Positions 27,723-39,199 are shown, counted from the stretch's first letter. The stretch is DNA of 64,000 nt from an uncultured delta proteobacterium (GCA_963716725.1 CAVQUB010000003.1:192001-256000), one strand, 5' to 3'. Numbers and translations are program-made. The notes: a model not told the origin generated them from the sequence alone.

Positions 27723-28519
27723 ATGCCACCAGCTCGCATCGTCCTGTGGGTCGCTAGCGTCGCGGGCCTGGCCCTGCTCGCTCGCAGCCTGCTGATGGAC
27801 CCGCTGCCCATGTGGGTGGCGGTCAGCGCCTTCGTTGCCTACGCCGCGCTCTGTACCGTCGGCGTGCTGTGGCCTCAGCTCGAGATGTACGGCGACGTCG
27901 AGTGGCGCGCCGAGCCCGGTGCCAAGACCGTCGCGCTCACCTTCGACGACGGGCCCAACCCGAAGACCACCCGCAAAGTCCTTCAGATCTTGGCTCGCGG
28001 CGGCCATCGCGCGACCTTCTTCGTGGTCGGCAGAAAGGCCCTCGCCCACGCCGACGTGGTACGGGAGATCCAGGCCGCGGGTCACGAAATCGGCGTGCAC
28101 GGGCACCTGCACGATCGGCTTTATTCGTTGAAGCCTCCCAAGTACGTCGCGGAGGACATCGGCCGTGCACAGAACGCCGTGGAGCAGGCCGTGGGGTTGC
28201 GGCCAACGCTGTTTCGACCGCCGGTGGGCTACCTGAGCTCGCGCACCGCGGCGGGCGCCAAACACGCGGGCGTGCGGACCATTGCGTGGTCGGCCCGTGG
28301 ACTCGACGGGATCGGACCGACGGACGCCGAGAAGGTGTACGCGCGAATCGAGAAGGGGCTCACCGACGGCGCCATCGTGCTGATGCACGACGCTTCGGAG
28401 CACGACGACTTCGAGCCGGCGAGCGTCGAGGCCTTGCCGCGGATCTGGAGGAGCTCGACGACCGAGGTCTGCGCGCGGTCACGGTCTCCGAGTTGCTGGA
28501 CGGCGACAAGGCAGGGTAG
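27723..28519 (+). CDS. Polysaccharide deacetylase (CE4); apparent 1-nt frameshift near 28445
   Basis: TFDDGP, HGHLH, RPPVG, LMHD; the expected C-terminus LEELDDRGLRAVTVSELL continues in another frame. Confidence 0.88.
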
Positions 28520-28583
28520 CGCGGCGTCCAGACGCGCCAGGGCTCACGTCCGGACACAGTTGGCTCCGCAGAAGTAGCGCGGA

Positions 28584-31001
28584 TCAGGGCAGCGACGAGC
28601 CGTAGCTGACCAGGAACAAGTCGTGCACGTTGTTTCCTTGGAGCGGCGGCGCAAATCCGACGTTCGTGTTCTTGCCGTGCACACCGAAGGCCACCAGTCC
28701 GCCCTTCGGGCCATAGCCCAGGCCGACGATGCGCTCCTCGCCGACCCCCGAGATCGTGAGCGAGTCGAGGTGTTGTCCGGCCGGCGTGAACGCGGCGATG
28801 AAGGCGTCCATGGACCCGCCCCCGCCGACGGGCTCGCCGAAGCTCAGGGTGCTGCCGTCGGTGTAGCCGCCGAGCACGATGTTGCCGGAGGCGTCCAGCG
28901 CCAGCGCGCTGACCCCGTCGGCGCCGGCGCTCCCCGCGAGGGCGTGCCACAGGTAGCTCCCGTCGCTGCCCTTGTACTTGGCGACGAAGGCGTCCGATTG
29001 GCCCGCCCCGAGCACGGGGGTTCCGTCGCCGAAGTCGCAGCCGCCCGTAATGGCCGCGCCGCCCACCAAGACGTCGCCGTTCGCGTCGAGCACGAGCGCG
29101 ACGCCGCGGTCCGGTCCGTAGCTCGGGGAGGGGTTCGTGCAGCCCCAGCTCTTGCCCCACAGCGTCGCGCCGTTCGAGGCCGCCAGCCGCGCCACGAACA
29201 AGGCGTGGCCGCCCGGCTCGGTCAGCGCGGGACTGGTGATGTCGAGGCTCTCGCGGAAGTAGCCGGTGACGAACACGTCCCCCGCGGCATTCAGCGCGAC
29301 CGCCTGCCCAGCGTCGTTGGTGGTCGGGCTCGCGAAGACCTTCTGCCAGACGTTCGTCCCGTCGATGCGCGCGACGAGCACGTCGGTGTCCACACCGCTG
29401 GTGACCACGGCGCCGGTCACCGCCACGACCCCCGACGCGTTCACCGCGATGCTGCCGGGCTTCCAAGAGTCCAGGTTCACCCAAGTCGCCTTGCTGGGCA
29501 CGAGCAAGGTCTGTCCCAGGCAGGCGCCGTCCGCAGCGGCGAGCTTCAGCACCGCGAGGCCGTAGGACGCTGGGGTCACTGCCAGCGCCGGGCACGCCGC
29601 GCTGCCGAGGTCGAGACTCCCGGAGTAGGCGATCAAGGCGTACACGTTGCTCGCGGCGTCCATCGCCACTGCTATCGCTGCCTCGAACGCGCTGGACGGG
29701 CCGATGGTCCGCGCCCAGACCGCCGCGCCGGCGGAGTCGTGCACCGCTACGAACGCGTTGGCGTCCACCTTGGCGTCGAGCTTGCCGGTGCCGAGGTCCA
29801 GATCGGGACCATAGTGGTAGCCGGAGATCGCCGTTCGCCCGCTGCTGCCCATGGCGAACCCGAAGGGGGTCTCCCAGTTGCTGGTGGCAAAGTCCTTCGC
29901 CCAGCGCCCACACTTCTGACTGACGCACTGGCCCGTCGAGCAGTCGGCGCCGACGCTGCACCCTCCGCCGACAGCGCAGCCCTTGGAGCAGCTGCCGCCG
30001 CAGTCGACGGCGGTCTCGGTGCCGTTCTGCACGGCGTCGGTGCAGGTCGGCGCTTGGCATTTGTTCCCGAGACAAACGCCGCTGCTGCAATCGATAGCGC
30101 CCACGCACGCCTTCGTGTCAGCGCACTTCGGACAGTTCGAACCGCAGTCCTCGTCCGTCTCGGTGCCGTTCTTCACCTTGTCGTCGCACTCCGGGGCCTT
30201 GCATTTGCCGCCGGTGCACACGCCGCTGCCGCAGTCGCCCGCGACGGTACACGCCAGCCCGTCGGCGCACTTCGGGCAGGATGGGCCGCCGCAGTTCAGA
30301 TCCGTCTCCGTGCCGTTCTTGACCGTGTCCGTGCAGTTGGGCGCGGCGCAGGACTTGGGCGTGCCGATGCAGACCCCGCTCGTGCAGTCGCCCTCGACGG
30401 CGCAGGGATCGCCGTCTTTGCAGGTCTTGTTCTGAGAAGCGACGCAGGCTCCGCCGCAATCGGCGCCAGTCTCGGTGCCGTTCTTCGCGCCATCGCCGCA
30501 GGTTGGGACTTGGCACACGTTGGAGCCACACACCGCGCTCGTGCAGTCCGACCCCTGAGCGCAGGCCTTGCCGTCAGCGCATTTGGGGCAGGCAGGCCCA
30601 CCGCAGTCTTGAGACGTCTCTTGCCCGTTCGTCTGCCCGTCGGTGCAGTCCGGTGGGCTGCAGGTGAACTGGGCGCTGTCGCAGACCTTGCTGCCGCAGT
30701 CCGCGCCGCTCTTGCACCCCTTGCCGTTGTCGCAGGGCGCGCAGCCGCCCCCGCAGTCCGTGTCCGTCTCGTCGCCGTTCTCTTTCCCGTCCGCGCAGGT
30801 CGGCGTCGAAGCGTCCCCGCCGCTGCCGCCGGTCGTGCTGCCGCCGCTGCCGCCGGTCGTGCTGCCGCCGCTGCCGCCGCCGTCGGTCGTGCTGCCGCCG
30901 CTGCCACCGCCGCTACCGCTCACGTTGGTCGATTCGGAGGTACACGACGCGAGCAGCGCCCAGGCGATCGTCCCGAAGCCGAGCCAACGCCTGGTCATCA
31001 T
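28584..31001 (-). CDS. Surface lipoprotein with Cys-rich NG.ETD.DCGG repeats and a C-terminal beta-propeller
   Basis: Lipobox LASC; six C.D..KNG.ET..DCG repeats; propeller repeats (D..G.VFVTG, DAFVAKY). Confidence 0.88.
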   Translation of the reverse strand: MMTRRWLGFGTIAWALLASCTSESTNVSGSGGGSGGSTTDGGGSGGSTTGGSGGSTTGGSGGDASTPTCADGKENGDETDTDCGGGCAPCDNGKGCKSGADCGSKVCDSAQFTCSPPDCTDGQTNGQETSQDCGGPACPKCADGKACAQGSDCTSAVCGSNVCQVPTCGDGAKNGTETGADCGGACVASQNKTCKDGDPCAVEGDCTSGVCIGTPKSCAAPNCTDTVKNGTETDLNCGGPSCPKCADGLACTVAGDCGSGVCTGGKCKAPECDDKVKNGTETDEDCGSNCPKCADTKACVGAIDCSSGVCLGNKCQAPTCTDAVQNGTETAVDCGGSCSKGCAVGGGCSVGADCSTGQCVSQKCGRWAKDFATSNWETPFGFAMGSSGRTAISGYHYGPDLDLGTGKLDAKVDANAFVAVHDSAGAAVWARTIGPSSAFEAAIAVAMDAASNVYALIAYSGSLDLGSAACPALAVTPASYGLAVLKLAAADGACLGQTLLVPSKATWVNLDSWKPGSIAVNASGVVAVTGAVVTSGVDTDVLVARIDGTNVWQKVFASPTTNDAGQAVALNAAGDVFVTGYFRESLDITSPALTEPGGHALFVARLAASNGATLWGKSWGCTNPSPSYGPDRGVALVLDANGDVLVGGAAITGGCDFGDGTPVLGAGQSDAFVAKYKGSDGSYLWHALAGSAGADGVSALALDASGNIVLGGYTDGSTLSFGEPVGGGGSMDAFIAAFTPAGQHLDSLTISGVGEERIVGLGYGPKGGLVAFGVHGKNTNVGFAPPLQGNNVHDLFLVSYGSSLP

Positions 31002-31111
31002 AGATCCACGAGGCTAACAGACGATCCCAGCATCGTCGATGGAGCGCCAGGTACGCTGGAAGCGAGCGCGCAGGCCCCAGGATCGACCCCGGGGGGGGGC
31101 GGTCCCCGCTT

Positions 31112-32587
31112 TCACAGCGGCCGACGACTCGACTTCGCCACGTCGCCCTTGGGCAACTCGATCACGAAGCGCGCACCGACAGTCGTCGTCTCGTCGAGCA
31201 CGATGCTGCCGCCTGCGGCCTCGACCAGACCGCGACACACGGCGAGACCGAGGCCCGTGCCTTCGCCGACGTCCTTGGTAGTCACGAAGGGCTCGAACAG
31301 CTTCTCTCGCACCCCCGCCGCGACGCCGGGTCCAGTGTCCTCGACCTCGAGGCGTACGCCGCTCGGGATCGGCCGGGCGCGCACGGTGATCTTGCCACCC
31401 GCTCCGCAGGCGTCGGCCGCGTTCAGCACCAAATTCAAGACGACCTGCACCATGTGCTCGTGGCTCAAGCTCACCGTCGGCAGGTCGGGAAAGACGTCGA
31501 CGGCGAGCTCGACGTCGTGCATCGACTTCTGCGGCGCGACCAGCGCCACGGTGTCGTAGATCGAGGCTTCGACGTTGCCGGGGCTCAATTCCCCCTCATC
31601 GGGGGACTTTCCCGGTCGCGCAAACTGGAGCAGATCCCTCAAGATGCGGTGGATGCGCTCGCTCTCTTTGCGCATGCGCAGCAAGAAGTCGCGCTGCTCC
31701 TCCGGCTCGAGCCCGCCGTCGAGCAGGAGCTCCTGCATGCCGATCAGCGCGGCGATGGGGTTGCCGATCTCGTGGGCGAGCCCAGCCGCGAGACGTCCGA
31801 CCGAGGCCAGGCGCTCGGATCGCACGAGGCGATCTTGGGCCTCGCGCAGGCGCAGGGTAGCGCTCTCGACCTCGTCGATCTTCTTGCGTAGCGACTCTTC
31901 TTCGGCGAGCAGCTTGTCGGTCATGGTGCGCAGGTTCACGCCGAGCTCGGCCAGCTCCCGGGGACCGCGCGCCGACACCTCGAGGTGACGCGCCCCGCCA
32001 ACCACTCGCTCCGCGGCCCGAGAGAGCTGATCGAGGGGCCGGACGATCAGGCGCGTCAGGGCAAAGTAGGCAGTGACGAGCAGCGCCAACGCGACCACCG
32101 CGGTGTAGAGCCCGACCAGTCGCACCAACGGCGCGGCGCGCGCGGACTGGTCGTCCGTACGCACCACGGCGACCACCGCGCCTTCCGGATCGGGCACGGT
32201 CACCGCGATGGCTCGCCCGTGGCTGGTGGTGAGCTCGAAGACGCGCTCCCGCGTCACGTCGACGGTTCCACCGATGGCCAGGGCGGCCACCGGATCTCCG
32301 AGGCGCAGCACCGGCGCACCGGAACGGTCATAGACGCCGATGGCTTCGACGCCTTCGGTGCCGATTTCGGCCTCGAGCAAGGCCGACAGCTCCGTGGACG
32401 AGCGCTGGACCCGGGCCTCCCCCACGTGACTGGCCACCGCACGCCCCAGCGACCGGGCGCTGCTCTCCCGCACTTGCTGAAGTGTCAGGCGCGTGTAGGT
32501 CGCGACCGCAAAGAACAGCGGTACAAAGGCCAAGAGCATCAGCCCGCCGAGCAGCATCAGGATCTGGAGTCGGAGCCCCGGCTTCAC
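31112..32587 (-). CDS. Sensor histidine kinase (2 TM, HAMP, HisKA, HATPase)
   Basis: LAHEIGNP, NLVLNA.DA, DTGPG, FEPFVTTK, GTGLGL. Confidence 0.94.
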   Translation of the reverse strand: MKPGLRLQILMLLGGLMLLAFVPLFFAVATYTRLTLQQVRESSARSLGRAVASHVGEARVQRSSTELSALLEAEIGTEGVEAIGVYDRSGAPVLRLGDPVAALAIGGTVDVTRERVFELTTSHGRAIAVTVPDPEGAVVAVVRTDDQSARAAPLVRLVGLYTAVVALALLVTAYFALTRLIVRPLDQLSRAAERVVGGARHLEVSARGPRELAELGVNLRTMTDKLLAEEESLRKKIDEVESATLRLREAQDRLVRSERLASVGRLAAGLAHEIGNPIAALIGMQELLLDGGLEPEEQRDFLLRMRKESERIHRILRDLLQFARPGKSPDEGELSPGNVEASIYDTVALVAPQKSMHDVELAVDVFPDLPTVSLSHEHMVQVVLNLVLNAADACGAGGKITVRARPIPSGVRLEVEDTGPGVAAGVREKLFEPFVTTKDVGEGTGLGLAVCRGLVEAAGGSIVLDETTTVGARFVIELPKGDVAKSSRRPL

Positions 32588-32696
32588 CGCGGGTCATTGT
32601 CGCCGATCCGAGGTCAGAAGGCGGCGAATCCGGTGGGGCGCACGTGTCCCCGGAAAGTGGGCCGAAGTGCCCCGCGTCTGATAGCGGCATCCTCGA

Positions 32697-34831
32697 ATGG
32701 ATCCTCTCGTCCGGGTCTCCTTGCGCATCCAACGAGCCCTGGCGCGCGTCACCGGGGTTGGCCTCGGAATCGGCTTTGGCGCGTACCTGGTCTTCAGCGT
32801 CGCCGGAGCTCCCGGACTCGGCTGGGACCTGTGCGTCGGGGTGCTGCTGCTCGGGGCCATCGTGCTGGCCGTGACCCGCCGCCTGCGCCGGCTCGATCCC
32901 GACGCGACGATTCGACTCGACCTGGAGCTGTTCACGCATTTGGTGGTCCTGGTCTTTGCGCTGGTGGCCCACGCACCGGGCAAGCTCGACGGCCCCTACC
33001 ACCCGGCGGTGTACGCCCTGGCCATGGTCGCCGCGGCCTTCGCCCGGCCGCCGGCGGCCCTCGGCACCGCAGCGTTCACGATCCTGCTCGAGTCCGCGCT
33101 GCGCATGATAGCGATGGGTCAACGGCTCGAGGAGTTCTGGCCCAACCTCGCCTTCGTGGGCTTGTTCGCGTTCCTGAACCTCAGCTTGTTCCGCGCCGAG
33201 ATTGCCCGCGTGAGGCGCCTCTCACGCGTTCACATCGAGGGCGAGATCGAGCGCATGAAGAACGCGGCACGCTCGTTCCGTCTGATCGGCGCGCCGAGCT
33301 CCGCCATCGATCGGAGTTCCATTCCGCCGCGGAACGAAGAGGACCGCCTGCTGCGCTCGGGAGTCGACGAGATCCACCAGGCGCTCGCCTTCGCCCTCGA
33401 CCTCTTGCGGCGCACGCTGGGCCTCCGGACGGCGGTATTGCTCTGGCTCGACTCGAACGGGCAGACCCTGCACATCCAGGAGATCTCCACCAGCGACGAC
33501 AGCATCGTGCCCGGGCCCTTCTCGGCCAAGGACGGCATCTTCGCTGCGGCCATCGGCGGAGCGCACGCCGGTCGCCCTGCACGGCGCCAAAGCCTCACAG
33601 CACACCCCCTACTACGGCGAGCTGCCCCGGGTCGGTGCCGTGTGTGCGGCCCCGCTGGTCGAGCACGGGCACGCCCGCGGGCTGGTCGTCGTCGATCGCG
33701 AGGGCGGCGAGCCCTTCACGGATCAAGAGCAAGAGCTCCTGGCCAATGCAACCGTGTTCATGCTGCGCGCCATCGAGAACGAGCGCGTCTTCGTCCAGCT
33801 CGAGCGGGCGAAGATCGAGCAAGGCAAGCTGTATCGAGCCGTGGACACGCTGAACACCGCACGCAGCGAGGCTCAGGTCATCGAGGCTTGCGTGGCATCC
33901 GCGCGGGAGTTCGCGGCCTTCGACTTCGCGGTGGTCACGCTCTTCGACACCAGCAGCGGCGAGCACGAGATCTGCGCGGTCAGTGGCGAAGGCCAAGATG
34001 ACCTGGTCGGCAAGCGCTTCCGCCACAACTCCGGCCTGGTCTCGATGGTGGTCGCGAACCGCCATCCGCTGCCCTACCGCGGTGACTACGATCCCGGCCG
34101 GCAGGTGGTGTTCTCCCGCCGCCTCGCGCCGCCCCCAATGCCGTCGCTCCTGGTCCTGCCGTTGCTCGTGCACGAGCGCGCGCTGGGCACGCTGGTGCTC
34201 GGCTCGCAGCGCCGAGCCGCCTTCGGCGAGAGCGTGCGTCCGACGCTCGAGGTCCTGGCGAGCCACGTGGCGGTGTCCTTGGCCAACGCCCGCATGCTCA
34301 AGCGTCTGGAAGAACTGGCCACCACCGACGGGCTCACCGGCCACTTCAACAAGCGCGCCTTGATCGAGGTCGCCAGCCAGAAGATCAGGAGTTCGAACCG
34401 CTTCAAGAAGCCGCTCAGTGTGCTGGTCTGCGACATCGATCACTTCAAGAAGGTGAACGACACCCACGGTCACGACGTGGGAGACATCGTGATCCGCGGC
34501 TTCGGTGACGTGCTGCAGCCGCGCCAAGCGTGACACTGACGTCGTCGCCCGCTTCGGTGGCGAAGAGTTCGTGGTGGTCTGCGAAGAGACCGACGCCGAA
34601 GGCGCCGCGTTGCTTGCCGAGCGGATCCGCTCCGAGCTCGAGAGCGCGACCTTCCACGGCACCAATTGCTCGGTGAAGGTGACCTGCTCGGTGGGGGTGG
34701 CGACCTTTCCGGCCGCCGGCCACGACTGGGACACGCTGTTCAAGGCCACCGACGAGGCCCTCTACGCGGCCAAGCGCGGCGGGCGCAATCGCGTCACCGT
34801 CTGGTCACCGCGCGTGGGCGCGGCGGCGTGA
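32697..34831 (+). CDS. Membrane GAF-GAF diguanylate cyclase; two apparent 1-nt frameshifts (~33555, ~34520)
   Basis: TM region, two GAF-like domains, TDGLTG, DIDHFKKVND.HGH, RDTD..ARFGGEEF, LY.AK.GGRN, spread over three frames. Confidence 0.88.
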
Positions 34832-34837
34832 CACGAC

Positions 34838-35959
34838 TCACCGATACGCGCCCTCGACCCGGCGCGGCGCGAGCGCACGGGCAACATCGCGCATCGTCGC
34901 GACCAAGGAGCCCAGCTCGTCGCGATCGCTGAGCGCACGGTCGACTGCGATCTCGATCTCGGTGGGGGACAGCACGAACCCGTCCACGGCCTGGGCGAGC
35001 CCGAGCAAGCCCTGCCGAGGCGCCTCGCCCAGCGCCGCTTTGACCTCGTCCTCGGGATCGCCCATCACCACGAACGCTGCGTCGAAAGCCGGGTCTCCCA
35101 GCTGAATGTCGCGTTTCCGAAAGCGCTCGATGCGCGAGCGCTCTGACTCGAGCCCAAGATGCAGATCGAAAGGCAGCGGCCGCTCGAAGACCAGGCGGAA
35201 CTGCGTGCGAAAGCGCTTCCCGCTGACGTGATCCACGTGGACGGTCAGCTCTCCCTCTTCGAGCTCGAGGCGCAGCTCGTCCACCTCGACTCTCCCGCCC
35301 AAGCTCTGAGCGAGCTCACCGAAGACATCCATCACCTTTTGCTCGAGCTCGGGCCGCTTCAGCCGCGCCCGCTCGGCCAAGATGGCCTGACCGGTTTCGC
35401 CCAGCCAGACCAGCGCCTGGGTGCAGCGCTCCACGCCGGCGGCCGCGTCCACCGAGACTTCGAGCGTGTCGTCGTCGAGGGAGAGGCGCAGCCCGCGAGA
35501 GTCGCCCGTCATCAACAGCTCGCCCGCCTCACCGGACAGCAGCTCTCGCGCCTGATCCTCGTGCACGGCGTCGACCCTGAAGACGTGATCGAAGTCGTCG
35601 GAGACGATTGCCTTGCCCGCGCGACCTCCAAGCACACCGCGGCGCGTCACCGAGAGTTCGAGGCCCAGCGCACGCGGGAAGCGAGCGACGCCGCTGAACG
35701 TCATCGGGCTCGTCCCGTCGGGCTGTGCGGCGAGCTCGATCCGCAGCTCGCCCACGCGCCCGCTGGCCACGTCCACCGCGTGCTTGATCCCGAGCTGCTC
35801 GGCCGCGCCCGCGAGCACTTCGTCGCCCAAGGTGTAGACCCGCTTGCTGCGCTCACGCGGGGGATTGGGCAGGAGTGGCGCCTCGGTGCCCGCGAGCATG
35901 GCGTACCAGAGCACGGCTGCCGCGGTGCCGACTCCCAAGAGCAGGACCAGTGCCTCCAC
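34838..35959 (-). CDS. Hypothetical protein with N-terminal TM and internally duplicated domain
   Basis: GTG at 35959 just after the HAD stop; two similar D.DFD..F.V segments. Confidence 0.75.
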   Translation of the reverse strand: MEALVLLLGVGTAAAVLWYAMLAGTEAPLLPNPPRERSKRVYTLGDEVLAGAAEQLGIKHAVDVASGRVGELRIELAAQPDGTSPMTFSGVARFPRALGLELSVTRRGVLGGRAGKAIVSDDFDHVFRVDAVHEDQARELLSGEAGELLMTGDSRGLRLSLDDDTLEVSVDAAAGVERCTQALVWLGETGQAILAERARLKRPELEQKVMDVFGELAQSLGGRVEVDELRLELEEGELTVHVDHVSGKRFRTQFRLVFERPLPFDLHLGLESERSRIERFRKRDIQLGDPAFDAAFVVMGDPEDEVKAALGEAPRQGLLGLAQAVDGFVLSPTEIEIAVDRALSDRDELGSLVATMRDVARALAPRRVEGAYR

Positions 35960-35960
35960 G

Positions 35961-36605
35961 TCAGACCTTCCTGAAGCGCATGCCAGCAGAGCGCGCCGCA
36001 ACGCCGTCGGCGTCGTCACGATCGCCGATCACCAGGCAGTCGGCGGGATCGACGCCGAGCCGACGCGCGGCTTCGAGGTATCCCGCCGGATCGGGCTTGA
36101 GGCGACGCGGACCGCCGGCCTCGCCGCTGGCCACCACAGCGTCGAACAAGCCCGCCGCGTCGAGGGCCGCCAGCTTTCCACTGGCCGGGTAGTCGCTGAC
36201 CAGCGCGGTCTTGCCGCCCGAAGCGCGGAAGCTGGCGATCTCGTCGAGCAGCTCCCGGCGCTTGAAGCGACGGATCCACTTCTGCGGGCGCTCGATCATC
36301 CACTCGCTCACGTGGCGCTCGACCACCCGGGCCTCGACGCCGAGGGAGGCGGCGGTCCGTTCCACTTGCATCGCGAAGGGGCTCTCCACCTCGCGGTCCA
36401 CGTCTTCACGCATCAACTCGTGCTCATGCCGAAACCGCTTCAGCGTGCCAATGGCGCCCCAGCCCCCGAGCATCAGCTCCGCCGCCATGGCGAACTTCAC
36501 CCAGCGCGCGGTGTACAGCGTGCCGTCCAGATCCACGAGCCACGCCCGGGCGGTCTGGGAACTGGGATCGGCGGAGGGGGCGGGCGGCATGGCGGCTCGG
36601 TCCAC
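35961..36605 (-). CDS. HAD family hydrolase
   Basis: DLDGT, KPDP, IGDR..AD. Confidence 0.9.
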   Translation of the reverse strand: MDRAAMPPAPSADPSSQTARAWLVDLDGTLYTARWVKFAMAAELMLGGWGAIGTLKRFRHEHELMREDVDREVESPFAMQVERTAASLGVEARVVERHVSEWMIERPQKWIRRFKRRELLDEIASFRASGGKTALVSDYPASGKLAALDAAGLFDAVVASGEAGGPRRLKPDPAGYLEAARRLGVDPADCLVIGDRDDADGVAARSAGMRFRKV

Positions 36606-36703
36606 CGATTCATCGCACAGCGCGCCCTCGATCGCGAGCGGCGCGCGGCGGAAGCCGACTCGAGTGGCGATTTCCTCTTGTCGCTCTGAGGCGGAGCCAG
36701 CTG

Positions 36704-37345
36704 CTAGCTCGGCTTACTCGCGCGGATGGTCAGCTTGATCACCACGTCGTCGCGGATCAGATCGTCGACCTTGCCCGGATAGTTCAGCCCAAAGTCCTTG
36801 CGGTTGATGCTGAACTCCGCGTCGACGGCGGCGCTGCCGGACTCGAGCTTGATGGTCGCCGGGAAGGTGATGCTCTTCTTCTGCCCGTGCAGCTCGAGGT
36901 TACCGGTCACGGTGTGGGTCGCGCCCTTGTCACCCCCGGCCTTGATACCAGTCGACTCGAAGCGGGCCTTGGGGAACTTCTCGACGTCGAAAAAGTCGGC
37001 GCTCTTCAGGTGACCGGTGAGCTTGGGGTTGTCGGAGTCGATGGAGGCAGAGTCGATCTCGACGCTCACTTGGCTCTTGGTCGGATCGCTGCCCACCAGG
37101 CTCACGCTGCCGGTGAAGGTTCCGAACGATCCATCGTGCTTGCCGGTGACCTTCGCTCCCACGAACTGCACCTTGGAGTCGGCGGCGGAGAAGCGCAGCG
37201 TCTCGGCGCCGACCGCCGCCGCCGAGGCCGCAACGGGAGCGGCCACTTCGGCCTTGGGTTTGTTCTTGGCGGGGTCCTCGCAGCCCACGGCCATCAAGAG
37301 TGAGAGTCCGAGGGTCAGGCCCAGGCTGGTTTGCATCGAGATCAT
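36704..37345 (-). CDS. YceI family lipoprotein
   Basis: Lipobox AVGC; S.V.F, HLKSADFFDVEKFP, GNLELHG, INRKDFG. Confidence 0.92.
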   Translation of the reverse strand: MISMQTSLGLTLGLSLLMAVGCEDPAKNKPKAEVAAPVAASAAAVGAETLRFSAADSKVQFVGAKVTGKHDGSFGTFTGSVSLVGSDPTKSQVSVEIDSASIDSDNPKLTGHLKSADFFDVEKFPKARFESTGIKAGGDKGATHTVTGNLELHGQKKSITFPATIKLESGSAAVDAEFSINRKDFGLNYPGKVDDLIRDDVVIKLTIRASKPS

Positions 37346-37453
37346 GGTGGCTCCTTCGCGGCCGACAGCATGGGGCCGCGGACGGGCAAGGGCTAGCCGG
37401 CGGCGGAGGAACTCACTGTTGCGTATTTGCAACAATCGAACAGAATCGTTGCG

Positions 37454-38410
37454 GTGCCAGCGATCTCCCGCTCCGCGGCGGCTCCCGCCCTCGACGATCT
37501 CTCCGGCTTCGTGCGCGTGGTCGAGCTCGCCTCCTTCGCCCGGGCCGCCCGGGAGCTGGGCGTGCCCACTTCGACCCTGAGCCGCGCCGTCGGGCGTCTC
37601 GAGTCCAGATTGGGCGTCCGCCTGCTCCACCGCACCACGCGTCGGGTGCGCGTCACCGACGAAGGCGCCGAGCTGCACCTGCGCGTTGCTCCCGCACTGC
37701 TCGCGCTGCGCGACGCAGTCCGCGACGCCGAGGCCAGCGAGACGGTGCCGCGCGGTCGCGTACGGCTGACTGCCCCGAGCGACATCGCAGCCACCTTCCT
37801 CGCCGACGTGATCGGCGAGTTTGCCCTCGCCTACCCCGAGGTGGACGTTGAACTCTTGGTCACTCAACGCACCGTCGATCTGGTCGCCGAGGGCGTCGAC
37901 CTCGCGGTGAGGGCGGGCGTGTTGCGTGACTCGTCGTTGATCTCACGCCGCCTCGGCAGCGTCGAAGGCTGGCTCTGCGCTTCTCCCGAGTACCTCGCTC
38001 GCCGCGGGGTGCCGCGTACGCTGGCCGACGTCGTCGACCACGATCTGATCCTGTTTCGCGCGAACCGCGGGCGCGCCACCTGGCGACTCGAGATCGGCTC
38101 GCGGCAGTCCAGCCTCGACGTGCGCGGTCGCATCTCTTGCGACGACTTCACCTTCGTGCGCGCCGCTCTGCTCGCCGGCGCGGGCATGGGGCTGCTGCCG
38201 GCGCCCGTGGCCGCTCACGACATCGTCGAAGGCACGCTGGTCCACGTGCTCGACGCGCACAGCGAGGACCTCGGCGCGCTGCACCTGGTCTACCCCTCGG
38301 CCCGGCACCTACCGGCCAAGATCAGCGCGCTGCGCGACTTTTTGGCCGAGCGCTTTGTCAGCTACTGCGCGCCAGCGAAACCCAAGCAGCGCTCGCGCAG
38401 ATCGCGTTGA
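37454..38410 (+). CDS. LysR family regulator (CrgA/DmlR-like), divergent from the YceI gene
   Basis: FVRVVE.ASF..AA..LG, LESRLGVRLLHRTTR, VDLVAEGVDLAVR; start codon uncertain. Confidence 0.92.
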   Translation: MPAISRSAAAPALDDLSGFVRVVELASFARAARELGVPTSTLSRAVGRLESRLGVRLLHRTTRRVRVTDEGAELHLRVAPALLALRDAVRDAEASETVPRGRVRLTAPSDIAATFLADVIGEFALAYPEVDVELLVTQRTVDLVAEGVDLAVRAGVLRDSSLISRRLGSVEGWLCASPEYLARRGVPRTLADVVDHDLILFRANRGRATWRLEIGSRQSSLDVRGRISCDDFTFVRAALLAGAGMGLLPAPVAAHDIVEGTLVHVLDAHSEDLGALHLVYPSARHLPAKISALRDFLAERFVSYCAPAKPKQRSRRSR

Positions 38411-38437
38411 GCGCGGGCGCCCCGAGCTCCCAGACAG

Positions 38438-39199
38438 TCACCGGCTCTCGGCGACGCGCCGGAGCGCCGGGACAGGCAGGGCGAGTCTCTCGGCGTGAGC
38501 CAGCGCGCGCGCCAGACGCGCCGGCGCGCTCCGACCCGCGCAGGCATGTTCGGGATCGGCCGCGATGGCGCTCTCGAAGGCGGCGAGCATGACAGCTTCG
38601 TCCAACGACTCGTCGCAGAGGGCACGCTCGATAGCGAGCACGTCCCGCGCGACTCCGAGGGCGAGCTCGCGGTGGTCGCGCCACAACGCGGACACGGTGC
38701 CACCCTGGACGAGACCGGCGATGTTGGTCGTACCGATGTACAGGTTCTTGGACGCCAGCTCCCGAGTCAGCTCGGATTCGTCCCGGCAAACCCGGGTCGT
38801 GACCTGCACCGCGCGGAGGGCCTCCGTCAGCAGATCCGCGCGGGGGCCATAGATCAGCGTGGGCAGCAGCTCCTTGATCAGCGTCGTCGGCTTCTTCTCG
38901 AACCAGACCACCGCGACGCTCGGGTTCTCGATGCCGTGGGAACGCCAAGTCAGAAAACGTAGCTCGTTCTGCACCAGACCGACGCGCGATCGCCAGCGGG
39001 CGGGCAGGTCCGCCAACACGCTGTCGAGATCCGTCTCACCGACGGCGACGAGCGCCAAATCCGGCTCGGGCACGCGTGCCGCGACCTCCGACATGCTCAT
39101 GCCGCGCGTCACCGGCACCACCGTGTGGCCGCAGCGGAGCAGCCCCCGCGCGAAGACCGAGCCGAGCTCTCCGATGCCGACCACCACCACCCTTGCCAT
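38438..39199 (-). CDS. Rossmann-fold oxidoreductase-like protein (ketopantoate reductase-like)
   Basis: VVVVGIGELG, LVQNE, KNLYI..TN. Confidence 0.7.
   Translation of the reverse strand: MARVVVVGIGELGSVFARGLLRCGHTVVPVTRGMSMSEVAARVPEPDLALVAVGETDLDSVLADLPARWRSRVGLVQNELRFLTWRSHGIENPSVAVVWFEKKPTTLIKELLPTLIYGPRADLLTEALRAVQVTTRVCRDESELTRELASKNLYIGTTNIAGLVQGGTVSALWRDHRELALGVARDVLAIERALCDESLDEAVMLAAFESAIAADPEHACAGRSAPARLARALAHAERLALPVPALRRVAESR

Noticed and set aside
31085..31108. G9 tract upstream of the Cys-rich surface protein as a phase-variation switch
   Set aside because: Intergenic, part of a GC hairpin after the kinase stop, and no promoter elements could be placed around it
24239..31559. 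Very long alternative ORFs (24239-27811 minus, 28623-31559 plus) and many similar shadow ORFs
   Set aside because: Arg/Ala-rich, motif-less shadows of real genes, expected from stop-codon scarcity at high GC
33550..34525. Programmed ribosomal frameshifting in the diguanylate cyclase
   Set aside because: No slippery heptamer or stimulatory structure seen; similar indels occur in unrelated genes, which favours sequencing error
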